Below, one piece after another: positions 9,676 through 18,627 of a stretch of DNA of 32,000 bases (positions within the stretch are counted from its first letter, which is position 1; each line of letters opens with the position of its first letter). The notes under the pieces were generated by a model. It did no database searches and was not told the origin of the DNA. It saw only the letters and a list, made by a program, of their open reading frames with translations. The DNA is from Phycisphaera mikurensis NBRC 102666. Its GTDB lineage: Bacteria; Planctomycetota; Phycisphaerae; Phycisphaerales; Phycisphaeraceae. The translations under genes were made by a program, and so were the position numbers. Where the stretch lies: contig NC_017080.1 of assembly GCF_000284115.1 (NCBI RefSeq), positions 2,670,001 through 2,702,000 of the forward strand, given 5' to 3'.

Positions 9676-11955
9676 ATGAGCCACGAGCCGCACCAGCCCG
9701 CCCCTTCCGCCGCCTCCCGCGCCGATCCGGGGGAGAAGGCCCGGCGGGTGGAGCTGCTGCTCCGGCGGTTGTCCTCGCTCCCGACGCTCCCGGCGGTGGC
9801 CACCCGGCTGCTGGAGATCAGCGCCGACGAGGCCTCCGAGCACGGCGAGGTGGTGCGGCTGATCGAGTCCGACCCCGCGATGTCGACGGCGATCCTGCAG
9901 CTGCTCGCCAAGCTCGATCGGACGTCGCAGTCCCGGCCGGCGAGCATCGAGCGGGCGGTGCTGTCCCTGGGCTTCCGGGCCGTCCGCGACGCGGCGCTGG
10001 CGGTGGGCGTCGTCAGCACGCTCGTCCCCGCGGCGTCACCCTCCGGCGGGACCGGGTTGGAGCTGCGCGGCTTCTGGACGCACTCGATCGCGACCGCGGC
10101 GGCGGCGGAGCGGCTCGCCGCGGCCCACCCCGGCGGAGGGGTCCTCGCCCGCGATGCCTTCCTCCCCGGGCTGCTCCACGACATCGGCAAGCTCGCGTTG
10201 CAGGTCGCCCTGCCCGAGGCGTACGTGCGGGTGGTCGAGGCGGCCCGCCGCCACGGGCTCGCGATGGCCGACGCCGAGCTGCGGGTGCTGGGCATCGACC
10301 ACCAGACCGCCGGACGCCGGCTCGCCACGCTGTGGGGCCTGCCGCCGGTGCTCGTCGACGTGATCTGGTTGCACGGCACCTCGCCGCTGGCGATGCCCGA
10401 CCTGCCGCACGCCAACCTCGTCCACCTGGTCACCGCCGCGGACCGGATCGTCCGGACGGTCCACCTCGGCGACTCGGGAAGCCACGACGTGCCCGCCGAC
10501 CCGGCGGCGACGCTCGAGGCGATCGGCTTCCCCCCCGCCGGGACTGAGCAGGCGCTCCGCGGCCTGCCCACGGAGGTGCAGGAGCGGCTCGACGCGATGG
10601 GCCTGGGGGAGGCCCAGCCAAACGACCCGATGCGGGGCTACGCCGAGGCGATCCGCAACGCCCACGGCGAGCTGCTCAACACCAACCGGCGCCTGCGGGA
10701 GGCCGCGGCCGAGGCGGCGCAGCACGGCGCCTCCGTGAGGAGCCTCGAGGCCTTCTTCCAGGCTGCCGCCTCGGCCCGCGGGGCCGAGGCCACGGCGGCC
10801 GCGGTCGCGGTGTCCGCGATGGGGAGCATGGGCGCCGATCGCTGCCTGCTCGCCGCCCCCAGCCCCGACGCCACGCTGCTCGGCGGCGGCGGGGAGCCGG
10901 AGGGCTGGACGGTGGTGGGGACCGGCGGCACGCCGACGCGTGCGATCGAGCCCGCCGAGCTCGGCCTTGCCTGGCCGCCCACCGCCGGCGAGCTCGCGGA
11001 AGCCCTCGACGACGCGGAGATCGCGTCGATGCGCCCGGTCCTGCTGAGGGAGCCCCCGGCCGCCGGCGACCGCCCCGACGACGTCGCCCCGCTGGCCATG
11101 CTGCTGCTCGGCGGGGAGACCGCGGGCGTCGTGCCCGCGGTGCTGACCGCGGCCTGGCGTGCGGCGCTGGCCGCCGCGGCGGGGCGGGAGCGTGCCGATC
11201 ACGCGAACGAGCGGCTGGCCGTGGCGAACCGCCGGCTCGACGCGGCGCAGTCGGCGATGGCCGGCCGCGAGGCCGACGCCCGGCTCCGGGAGATCGCGGC
11301 GGGGGCGGCGCACGAGATGAACAACCCGCTGGCCGTCGTCTCGGGCCGCACCGAGCAGCTCACCCTCATGCTCGATGGGGAGGCGCTGCCGCTGGCCCGC
11401 GCCGCCCACCAGGCCTCGCGCCGGCTCGGCGACCTCGTATCGGCGCTGGGGCTGTTCTCCCGCCCGCCCGCGGCCCGCCGCCGCGCCACCGACGTGGCCC
11501 GCCTCGCCGCCGACGTGGTCGAATCCGTCCGCGCCTCCAAGCCGCTCCGCCGCGAGCAGATGGAGCCTCTGGAGATCGACCTGCTCGCCGGAGCCGGCCT
11601 GGGGTCGGTCGAGATCGATCCCGACATGCTCCGCCGCTCGCTCGACGAGCTGATCACCAACGCCGTCCGCTCCCGGCCGCGGAGCTTCATCACCGTCAAG
11701 CTTGGGCTCGAAGCCGCCGCCGGCGACGCGCCGGCCGCCCTCCTCGTCGAGATGATCGACGACGGCGCGGGCATGGATGACCGGACGCTGCGGCACGCCA
11801 CCGACCCCTTCTTCAGCCGGCACGAGGCCGGCCGCAGCGCCGGCTTGGGCCTCTCCCGCGTCACGGTCTGGGCCGCCGCCCACAGCGGCGAGGTCCGCCT
11901 CCGCCCGCACCCCGGCGGCGGCACGGTCGCCACGCTGCGCCTTGCGCTGCCCTGA
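9676..11955 (+). CDS. HDOD-domain sensor histidine kinase
   Basis: Begins 5 nt after the preceding stop. HDOD-like LSSLPTLPAVATRLLEISADEASEHGEVVRLIESDPAMSTAILQLL...LHDIGKLAL; HisKA box REIAAGAAHEMNNPLAVVSGRTEQL; HATPase DELITNAV...VEMIDDGAGMDDRTL...FFSRHEAGRSAGLGLSRV. Confidence 0.9.
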   Translation: MSHEPHQPAPSAASRADPGEKARRVELLLRRLSSLPTLPAVATRLLEISADEASEHGEVVRLIESDPAMSTAILQLLAKLDRTSQSRPASIERAVLSLGFRAVRDAALAVGVVSTLVPAASPSGGTGLELRGFWTHSIATAAAAERLAAAHPGGGVLARDAFLPGLLHDIGKLALQVALPEAYVRVVEAARRHGLAMADAELRVLGIDHQTAGRRLATLWGLPPVLVDVIWLHGTSPLAMPDLPHANLVHLVTAADRIVRTVHLGDSGSHDVPADPAATLEAIGFPPAGTEQALRGLPTEVQERLDAMGLGEAQPNDPMRGYAEAIRNAHGELLNTNRRLREAAAEAAQHGASVRSLEAFFQAAASARGAEATAAAVAVSAMGSMGADRCLLAAPSPDATLLGGGGEPEGWTVVGTGGTPTRAIEPAELGLAWPPTAGELAEALDDAEIASMRPVLLREPPAAGDRPDDVAPLAMLLLGGETAGVVPAVLTAAWRAALAAAAGRERADHANERLAVANRRLDAAQSAMAGREADARLREIAAGAAHEMNNPLAVVSGRTEQLTLMLDGEALPLARAAHQASRRLGDLVSALGLFSRPPAARRRATDVARLAADVVESVRASKPLRREQMEPLEIDLLAGAGLGSVEIDPDMLRRSLDELITNAVRSRPRSFITVKLGLEAAAGDAPAALLVEMIDDGAGMDDRTLRHATDPFFSRHEAGRSAGLGLSRVTVWAAAHSGEVRLRPHPGGGTVATLRLALP

Positions 11956-11993
11956 GCGGCGTCGACGCTCCGCGGGCGCCAAACGCCGCCGGC

Positions 11994-13520
11994 TCAGCGG
12001 GCCGGCGCGGCGGCGGCGCGACGTTGGTAATCCTCCGCCGCCTCCGGGCGGCCCGTCTCCCGCAGCCGCCGGGCGTATGCCGCCAGGTCGACCGGACGGC
12101 CGTACACGTCGGTCCGCCCGTGGTACGGCCCGCCCTCGGAGAGCACGGTGTACATCGGGTCGACGACGTCCGGGCCGTCCCGCACCACCGCCGCCATCGC
12201 GTCGTCGTGCCAATCCAGCAGCCGGGCTGCGCCCTCCCGCACGACGCCGGGTCGGCTCGCCGCCAGGTCGTTCTGCTCGTGCGGGTCGGCCGCGAGGTCG
12301 AAGAGCATGTGCTTGGGGAACGGCTGCAGACCGTCGTCGTAGGTCCGCATGTAGAGCCAGCGGTGCGCGCCGTCGTCCCAGCGTGCGGACCGCTGGCACA
12401 CGTGCGCGCACTGCGACACCACCAGGGTGTCGCGGCCGGCGGCGGTCCCGTCCCGCAGCGTCGCGGCGTAGCTCTCGCCGTCCCACACGCCCGGCGCCTC
12501 CGGCCCCTCCACGCCCGCGTCCGCCAGCAGCTCCAGGCACGTCGGCGCCCAGTCCAGGTGGTAGTGCAACGCATCGTCGCGGACGCCCTCCGCCGCCCCC
12601 GGCCACCGCACGATCATCGGGATGTGGCACGTCCCGCGGTCGGCGGTCGCGTGCTCGCCGTAGATCCCCAGGTCGCCCTGGTTCTCGCCGTGATCGGCCG
12701 AGACGATGACCGCCGTGGACTCCCAGACGCCGGCCTCCTTGAGCCGGTCGAACAGCCGCCCGAGCGCGTCGTCGACGTAGCGGATCGCCACGTCGTAGCC
12801 GTCGATCCACCTCGTGAGGCTCGCTCGATCGGTGATGCGAAGCGGCAGCCGCGGGTACCGGTCGACGTCCGCGTCGTGGTACATGCTGAGGTCCTGCGAA
12901 GAGTGAGGCCCGCCCCGTCTCGCGTGCTCGGCGATCAACCCGTCCGTGTACCAGTCGGCGATCGGCTCGCCCTCGAAGGGGTTGCCGTAGCTCAGCGGCG
13001 TTCGGTAGTTGGTGTGGATGTCCCAGAAGTTCAGGTGCAGGTACCAGCGGTCCTTCGCCGCGTTCGCGTCGAGCCAGCGGTCCAGGACCGGCTCCACCAC
13101 CTCCACCGGCTCGCTCCCGCCCTCGCCGGTGTTGTGGATCTCGTGGAAGCCGGCGTAGTACTGGTGCGCCGCGTGGCGCTGCCCGAAGGGCGAAATCATC
13201 GCCGTGTGGAAGCCACGCTTCTGAAGCTGCCGCGGGAAGCTGTCCTCCTCGTAGGTCGAGCGGAAGCCCCGCCCCGCCCCCTCCCGTTTGGGATCCGCCG
13301 CCAACCCGCCGTGCCCGACCACGCCGGTGTGGATCCCGAAGCGGCCCTGGTACAGCGCCGTGCGCGACGGCAGGCACGGCGCATCGGAGCAGTAGACCTG
13401 GTCGAAACGGACGCCGGCCGCGGCCACCGCGTCGATGTTGGGCGACGTGTTCCGGTGGTAGCCGTAGCAGCCCAGGTGCAGCGGGTTGAGGGCGTCGAGG
13501 TCGAGGTAGAGGATGTTCAA
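11994..13520 (-). CDS. Sulfatase (arylsulfatase family)
   Basis: 508 aa. Sulfatase signature CLPSRTALYQGRFGIHTG (C-x-P-S-R), metal-site N-terminus MNILYLDLDALNPLHLGCYGYHRNTSPNID, and VIVSADHGENQGDLGIYGEH. Confidence 0.93.
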   Translation of the reverse strand: MNILYLDLDALNPLHLGCYGYHRNTSPNIDAVAAAGVRFDQVYCSDAPCLPSRTALYQGRFGIHTGVVGHGGLAADPKREGAGRGFRSTYEEDSFPRQLQKRGFHTAMISPFGQRHAAHQYYAGFHEIHNTGEGGSEPVEVVEPVLDRWLDANAAKDRWYLHLNFWDIHTNYRTPLSYGNPFEGEPIADWYTDGLIAEHARRGGPHSSQDLSMYHDADVDRYPRLPLRITDRASLTRWIDGYDVAIRYVDDALGRLFDRLKEAGVWESTAVIVSADHGENQGDLGIYGEHATADRGTCHIPMIVRWPGAAEGVRDDALHYHLDWAPTCLELLADAGVEGPEAPGVWDGESYAATLRDGTAAGRDTLVVSQCAHVCQRSARWDDGAHRWLYMRTYDDGLQPFPKHMLFDLAADPHEQNDLAASRPGVVREGAARLLDWHDDAMAAVVRDGPDVVDPMYTVLSEGGPYHGRTDVYGRPVDLAAYARRLRETGRPEAAEDYQRRAAAAPAR

Positions 13521-13907
13521 GAGCGAGCCGGCACGAGAGACGGATGACGGGGAGACGGATGACGGGGAGACGGCGGATCGTACAGAACGCGGGGGCGGGC
13601 TCCGCCAGCAAAGCCCGCGTTCCGAAGCGTATTCGGCAGGACGCGGGCGGATCGGCTCGGCTGGCGAAGCCCCCGGCGTCGCCGCCGGTCCGCGCCGGGA
13701 GCGGGCCGTCGGCGGCGCTTCGGCGGTGGCGGCGGGCTCGGCGGGGGTTGCCCCGAGGCGGCCCGCGGCACGGGATGATCACGATCCGACCGCTCGCGAG
13801 AACACGCCGCCGCCGGTTCGGGCGCACAATGGCCGCTCCGCAATCGCCACCCGCCCCGCGGGGCCGCCGGCGGTCGCCACCGCTCCCGCCGAGAACCTCC
13901 CTCACCC

Positions 13908-14789
13908 ATGCGTTACGTCCGACTCGCCGGCTCCTCAGACCAAGCCCCGCCGCCCCGCCCGGCGCGCTTCTTCAACATGGGCACCTTCGACGGCCTGCCC
14001 GACACCTCTTCGGCGCCCCGCGGGAGCGAGCCGGAGCGGCTGGCGGCGCTGCGGGAAGCGGGCTTCGAGGGCGTGCAGGGCGCCGATGCGGACGCGGCCC
14101 GCGACGCGGGCCTGCACAGCGCTGCGTCCGGCCGGCTCGACACCCCCGCCGAGGCGCGCGACGCCGTGCGGCGTTGGAAGGACCAGGGGCACGTGGCGGT
14201 GACGCTGCACGCGGGGCGGGGGCTCGAGAGCGACGCCGAGGCGGACGCGCTGGCCGGTGCGGCCGCCGATGCGGAAGCCGAAGCCGGGTTGCCCGTCTAC
14301 GTGGAGACCCACCGCGCCACGATCACGCAGGACACCTGGCGGACGCTCCAACTCCTCGGCCGGGAGCCGCGGCTGGGCCTCAACGCGGACCTCTCGCACT
14401 GGTACACGGGGCTGGAGATGCCTTACGCCGGCGTGGAGAGGGTCGCGGACTTCCTCGCCCCCACCTTCGAACGCGTGGGCTTCCTGCACGGCCGCATCGG
14501 CAGCAGCGGCAGCATGCAGGTGGACGCGGGGAACGACCTCGCCCACGCGCTCACGCTGGAGCACGTGCGGCACTTCGTGCTGCTGTGGACGCGTGCGGCG
14601 GCGGCGTTCCGCGCGAACGCGGAGCCGGGCGACGTGCTGCCCTTCGCCCCGGAGCTGCTGGGCAGTCAGCACCACTACGCCCGCGTCTTCCCCGCGGGCG
14701 ACGGGCAGCTCCGCGAGGAGACGGACCGCTGGCAGCAGGCGCTGCTGCTCTGCGAGCTCTTCGAGCACGCCTTCGAGGCGGCCGGCTGA
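13908..14789 (+). CDS. TIM-barrel sugar-phosphate isomerase/epimerase-like (xylose isomerase-like) protein
   Basis: 293 aa. FFNMGTFDG, LPVYVETHRATITQDTWRTLQLLGREPRLGLNADLSHWYTG, VGFLHGRIGSSGSMQ, typical of AP-endonuclease-2/xylose isomerase barrels. Confidence 0.7.
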   Translation: MRYVRLAGSSDQAPPPRPARFFNMGTFDGLPDTSSAPRGSEPERLAALREAGFEGVQGADADAARDAGLHSAASGRLDTPAEARDAVRRWKDQGHVAVTLHAGRGLESDAEADALAGAAADAEAEAGLPVYVETHRATITQDTWRTLQLLGREPRLGLNADLSHWYTGLEMPYAGVERVADFLAPTFERVGFLHGRIGSSGSMQVDAGNDLAHALTLEHVRHFVLLWTRAAAAFRANAEPGDVLPFAPELLGSQHHYARVFPAGDGQLREETDRWQQALLLCELFEHAFEAAG

Positions 14790-15039
14790 AGCGCCGGAGC
14801 CGCCCGCGGGCTCCGCGAACCGCGTCGCGTCCGCGCAGGCGCCACGACCCGGCCTCGCCCACGAGCCCCGGCGACGGAGCGCGCTCGGTTCGGTGCAGGG
14901 AATGCCGACGCCGGTGCGGCGTCGCCGGTTCACGCTGCGCAGCGGGCCGGCGGCTTCAGCCGCGGCGGTTTCAGCCCGAAGAGGTGGGCAACGCCACCCG
15001 CCCGGGCCTCCGCACCGGACCCGCCAGAGAAAGCCGACC

Positions 15040-16305
15040 TTGAGCCCAGCCGCACCCGAGCCCGCACCCCAAGCCACGCCCGGCTACGCCGCACCGCCCC
15101 GGGCGGCGGCGGCGCGGAAGCGTCGGCCGCTCCGCGTGCTGCTCGCCGGCGAGGCGGCCGGGCTCGCCGGCGTCCTCGAGGCGCTGCGCGTGCGGGGCCG
15201 GGGGGTCGAGGTGGTGCGTTCGGAAGACGACGCAGCGACCCGGGAGGCGCTCGCCGAGACGGCGCCGGGGCGGCGGGCCGACCTGGCGGTGCTCGACGCG
15301 ACCACGCGGAGCTCCGGCGGGGCCGCGCTCGCCGCGGAGTTCGCGGGCCGCCGGTGCCGCCGCGTCGTGCTCCTCGCCAATTCCTTCGACGCCGCCGAAG
15401 CCGCCCGGCTCGGCTTGCTGGACCTGATCGACCCGGCGTTGCCGCCCGCCGCCGCCTCCGCCCGGCTCGCCGGGGCGCTGGACCGGGTCGCCGCCGACGC
15501 CGCCGCCCGCGCGCTGCGGAGCCGGGAGCGACGCCGCAGCCGCCGTCTGCTCGACCGCTGCTCGGCGCTGGAGGCCCGGTGCGCGGCCGTGGAGGCCGAC
15601 CGGAAGGTCATCGCCGACCAGGTGGAAACGCTCTGCAGCGACCTGGTCGGGGCGTACCAGGAGCTGGCGGATCGCATCGACGCGAAGATGTCGGCCGCCG
15701 TCGGCTCCGACGCCGACGCCGACGCCGCGGCGGCCGCGCCGCCCGCTGCGAGGGACCTGCGCGACACGCTCGGCGATCACCTTGGCCTCGAGCCGGTGAT
15801 CCGGTCGACGCTGGAGCACCTCGTGTCCGCGGCGGGCGGCACCAACGCCGCCATCTTCCTGCCGGCGTCGATGGACGAGTTCTCGCTGGGCGGCTACGTG
15901 AACCACACCTGCAACGACGAATCCGCGGGGATGCTGCTCGAGCACCTCGCCGACGTCGTCGCACCGAAGCTCTCCTGCGCCGCCGCTCCGGTCCATCTCA
16001 CCGACAACGACCAGCTCGCCGCCTGGTTCGGGCAGGACGCCGCGTGGCTCGACGACAGCGAGTTCATCGGGGTGCCCTGCTCGCTGAACCCCGCGGACGC
16101 CGGGGGGGGCGCGGCGGAGGAAGACGCCGAGTGTCTCGCCGTGGTTGTGCTCTTCCGCGACGGCGACCAGCCGTTCGGGGCCGCCGCGTTGGAGGCCTGC
16201 GAGTCGCTGGGTCCGGTCCTCGCGGCGGCCCTCCACCGGGTGATCCGGGTGCACCACCGCAGCGGGCTCGCGACGCCGGACGACCTCGACGCCCGCGAGG
16301 ATTGA
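15040..16305 (+). CDS. Receiver-like plus GAF-like domain protein
   Basis: ORF 14257..16305; probable TTG start at 15040 (LSPAAPEPAPQ). N-terminal receiver-like fold (ADLAVLDATTRSSGGAALAAEF...RVVLLANSFDAAEAARLGLLDLIDP), coiled-coil-like linker, then GAF-like region (TLEHLVSAAGGTNAAIFLPASMDEFSLGGYVNHTC...GVPCSLNP...LAVVVLFRDGDQPFGAAALEACESLGPVLAAAL). Confidence 0.6.
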   Translation: MSPAAPEPAPQATPGYAAPPRAAAARKRRPLRVLLAGEAAGLAGVLEALRVRGRGVEVVRSEDDAATREALAETAPGRRADLAVLDATTRSSGGAALAAEFAGRRCRRVVLLANSFDAAEAARLGLLDLIDPALPPAAASARLAGALDRVAADAAARALRSRERRRSRRLLDRCSALEARCAAVEADRKVIADQVETLCSDLVGAYQELADRIDAKMSAAVGSDADADAAAAAPPAARDLRDTLGDHLGLEPVIRSTLEHLVSAAGGTNAAIFLPASMDEFSLGGYVNHTCNDESAGMLLEHLADVVAPKLSCAAAPVHLTDNDQLAAWFGQDAAWLDDSEFIGVPCSLNPADAGGGAAEEDAECLAVVVLFRDGDQPFGAAALEACESLGPVLAAALHRVIRVHHRSGLATPDDLDARED

Positions 16306-16475
16306 GGCGCGACCCGCGAGCTCCGGCAGCCGACGGGCCCCGGAAGCCAGAGAGCGGGAGCGGCGTCCGACGAGGCGAGGCGTGCGGCGGCGGGTCCCGA
16401 GGACGCGGAGCGCACCGACCTCCGGCGCCGCGGACCGCGTGGGGTTTTCGGTCCGCGGGCCGGCGGTCCGCGGAT

Positions 16476-18011
16476 TCAGCCGGCGAGGGCGTGGACGGGC
16501 GGCGCGAAGAGCCTGACCGGCTGCGCCGCGCCCGCCCCGCCGCCCGCCCCGCCGCTCATCTCCGGGACCGCCGCCCGCAGCGCCGCGCCCGCCTCGGCCG
16601 CGGACACGCCGCGCCAGGGCGGGGCCGCGAGGCCGGCGCGGCGACGCAGCGCGTCCAGCCGCGACGTCGCCCGCTGGGCCGAAGCGGGAACCGCCGCGGT
16701 ACGCCAGACGCGGATGCCGGGGTGGGCGGTGGGGATGACCTCGTCGGCGTTGTGCGCGAGCTCCTCGAAGAGCTTCTCTCCCGGGCGGGCGCCGGTGAAG
16801 CGGATGGCGACGTCGACGCCGGGCTCCACCCCCCGCTGCCGCAGGAAGCGGTGGGCGAGGTCCACGATCCGCACCGGCTCGCCCATGTCCAGGAGAAAGG
16901 TTTCGCCCCCGCGGCGTCCGCCGGCCGGACCGGAGGCGCCCGACAGCGCCGCGGCGGTCAGCACCAGCCCCGCGGCCTCGGGGATCGTCATGAAGTAGCG
17001 GAGCATCCGCTTGTCGGTCACCTCCAGCGGGCCGCCGCGGCGCAGCTGGTCCTCCCAGATCGGCAGCACCGAGCAGGCCGAACCCAGCACGTTGCCGAAG
17101 CGGACGGTGCACATCCGCGTGCGGCTGGTCGCGTCGCGGCCGAGCACGTCGCGCTCCGCCAGCCGCTTGCTCGCCCCCATGACCGAGGTCGGGTTGACCG
17201 CCTTGTCCGTCGAGATCATGACGAAGCGGTCGGCCCCGCAGGCGTCGGCCGCGGCCGCGACGCTGCGCGTGCCGTACAGGTTGTTCTCGATCGCCTCGGC
17301 GGGGTGGCCCTCCATCATCCCCACGTGCTTGTGGGCCGCCGCGTGGACGACCAGGTCCGGCCGGAGCCGCTGGAGCAGGTCGTGGGTCCGCTCGGCCTGC
17401 GTCACGTCGTGCAGCACCGCGGCCAGCGGCAACCCCGGGAAGCGGCGGACCAGCTCGCGCTCGACCTCGAAGAGGGCGTTCTCGGAACGCTCCACCGCGT
17501 GCAGGACGGACGGCCGCCACGCGGCGATCACCCGGCAGAGCTCGGCCCCGATCGACCCGCCCGCCCCGGTGACCAGCACGCGGCGGCCGCGCAGCAGCGG
17601 CCCGAGCAGCGCCTCGTCGAGCGGGCGCGGCGCCCGGTCGGTGAGCGCCGCCAGGTCCAGCTCGCCCGCCCCGGGGCGGTCGGCCGCGTCGGCGAGCTGC
17701 TCGCGGAGCGGGCGGACGCCGACCCACGGCAACCCGGCCGCCGCCAGCGCTTCCCCCACCCGCGCCGCGCGGCCGCCGAGCGAGGCCGGCAGGCAGAGGA
17801 TCGCCCGGGTGGCGCCCGCGCGGCGGGCCACTCCGACCGGATCGCCCGCCCCGGCACCGGCCACGCAACACTCCGCCACGGGGACCGGGCCGGCGGGATC
17901 GGCCTCCATCGCCGCGCGCAGCGGCGGCAGCGTCGAGGCGAGCCCCACCAGCAGCACTCGCTCACGCGGCGCCGGTCCGGCGGCGGATCCGCGTTGCGTC
18001 GGTGCGTTCAT
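16476..18011 (-). CDS. Nucleoside-diphosphate-sugar epimerase/dehydratase, CapD/FlaA1-like, no N-terminal membrane domain
   Basis: VLVTGAGGSIGAELCRVI (Rossmann), VVHAAAHKHVGMMEGHPAEAIENNLYGTRSVAAAADACGADRFVMISTDKAVNPTSVMGASKRLAE, VRFGNVLGSACSVLPIWEDQLRRGGPLEVTDKRMLRYFMTIPEAAGLVL. Confidence 0.92.
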   Translation of the reverse strand: MNAPTQRGSAAGPAPRERVLLVGLASTLPPLRAAMEADPAGPVPVAECCVAGAGAGDPVGVARRAGATRAILCLPASLGGRAARVGEALAAAGLPWVGVRPLREQLADAADRPGAGELDLAALTDRAPRPLDEALLGPLLRGRRVLVTGAGGSIGAELCRVIAAWRPSVLHAVERSENALFEVERELVRRFPGLPLAAVLHDVTQAERTHDLLQRLRPDLVVHAAAHKHVGMMEGHPAEAIENNLYGTRSVAAAADACGADRFVMISTDKAVNPTSVMGASKRLAERDVLGRDATSRTRMCTVRFGNVLGSACSVLPIWEDQLRRGGPLEVTDKRMLRYFMTIPEAAGLVLTAAALSGASGPAGGRRGGETFLLDMGEPVRIVDLAHRFLRQRGVEPGVDVAIRFTGARPGEKLFEELAHNADEVIPTAHPGIRVWRTAAVPASAQRATSRLDALRRRAGLAAPPWRGVSAAEAGAALRAAVPEMSGGAGGGAGAAQPVRLFAPPVHALAG

Positions 18012-18144
18012 CGCCGGGTTATCGGCTTGCTCCCGCCGCGGCGGCCAGTCCGGCGGCGTTCCGCATCCCCCGCCCCCACCGCCGCTTCAGCCGCCGGGGC
18101 ATCCCGTCGATGCACGTGCGAGCCCGCTCTCTCCGAGGTCCGCC

Positions 18145-18594
18145 ATGCCCGCCACCGAAGAATCCGCCGAATCCCTCCCGCCCGCCCCGCTGCCCTTCGC
18201 CCCGCACGCGGCGGCGCGTCGGCAGGAGCGGCTGAAGCTGCCCGCGATGTACACCCAGGTCCGGGCGAAGCAGCCCGGGGCCGCGCGGTACACGCTGTCG
18301 GGCCACCTCTACGACGTGTCGATGACGGGCCTCCGCTTCGAGCTCGACGAGCCGCTGCCCGCCGGCCAGCACCTGCACTTCCGCGTGCAGCTGCCCGGCG
18401 AGGAGCAGGCGACCGTCCGCCTGGAAGGCTCGATCGTCCGCCTGCACGACGAGAGCAACGAGCCCGGGCCGGTTCGCATGGGGGCGCAGATCGTGAAGTT
18501 CCTCTGGCCGACCGACCGGACGATCCTCGAGGACTACCTGCAGGCCCGAGGCGTCTCCACCGGCGGCGAGAGCACGATGCGCCTCGCGGCCTAG
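18145..18594 (+). CDS. PilZ-domain protein
   Basis: ORF 17011..18594; ATG at 18145. RRQERLKLPAMYTQVRAK...YTLSGHLYDVSMTGLRFELDEPLPAGQHLHFRVQLPGEEQATVRLEGSIVRLHDES. Confidence 0.8.
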   Translation: MPATEESAESLPPAPLPFAPHAAARRQERLKLPAMYTQVRAKQPGAARYTLSGHLYDVSMTGLRFELDEPLPAGQHLHFRVQLPGEEQATVRLEGSIVRLHDESNEPGPVRMGAQIVKFLWPTDRTILEDYLQARGVSTGGESTMRLAA

Positions 18595-18627
18595 CCGGCC
18601 TCGGCTTCAGGCCGGCCTAGTGCCGCG

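Noticed and set aside
12024-13547. 507-aa plus-strand ORF over the sulfatase
   Set aside because: It is the antisense frame of the recognisable sulfatase (CLPSR signature is on the minus strand).
10036-13905. 1289-aa minus-strand ORF
   Set aside because: It lies opposite the HDOD kinase and out of frame with the sulfatase. Its composition is an artefact of high GC.
14971-17871. 966-aa plus-strand ORF and overlapping 15354..18620 ORF
   Set aside because: Both run through the GAF-like gene and antisense to the epimerase with Arg/Pro/Ala-rich sequence and no motifs.
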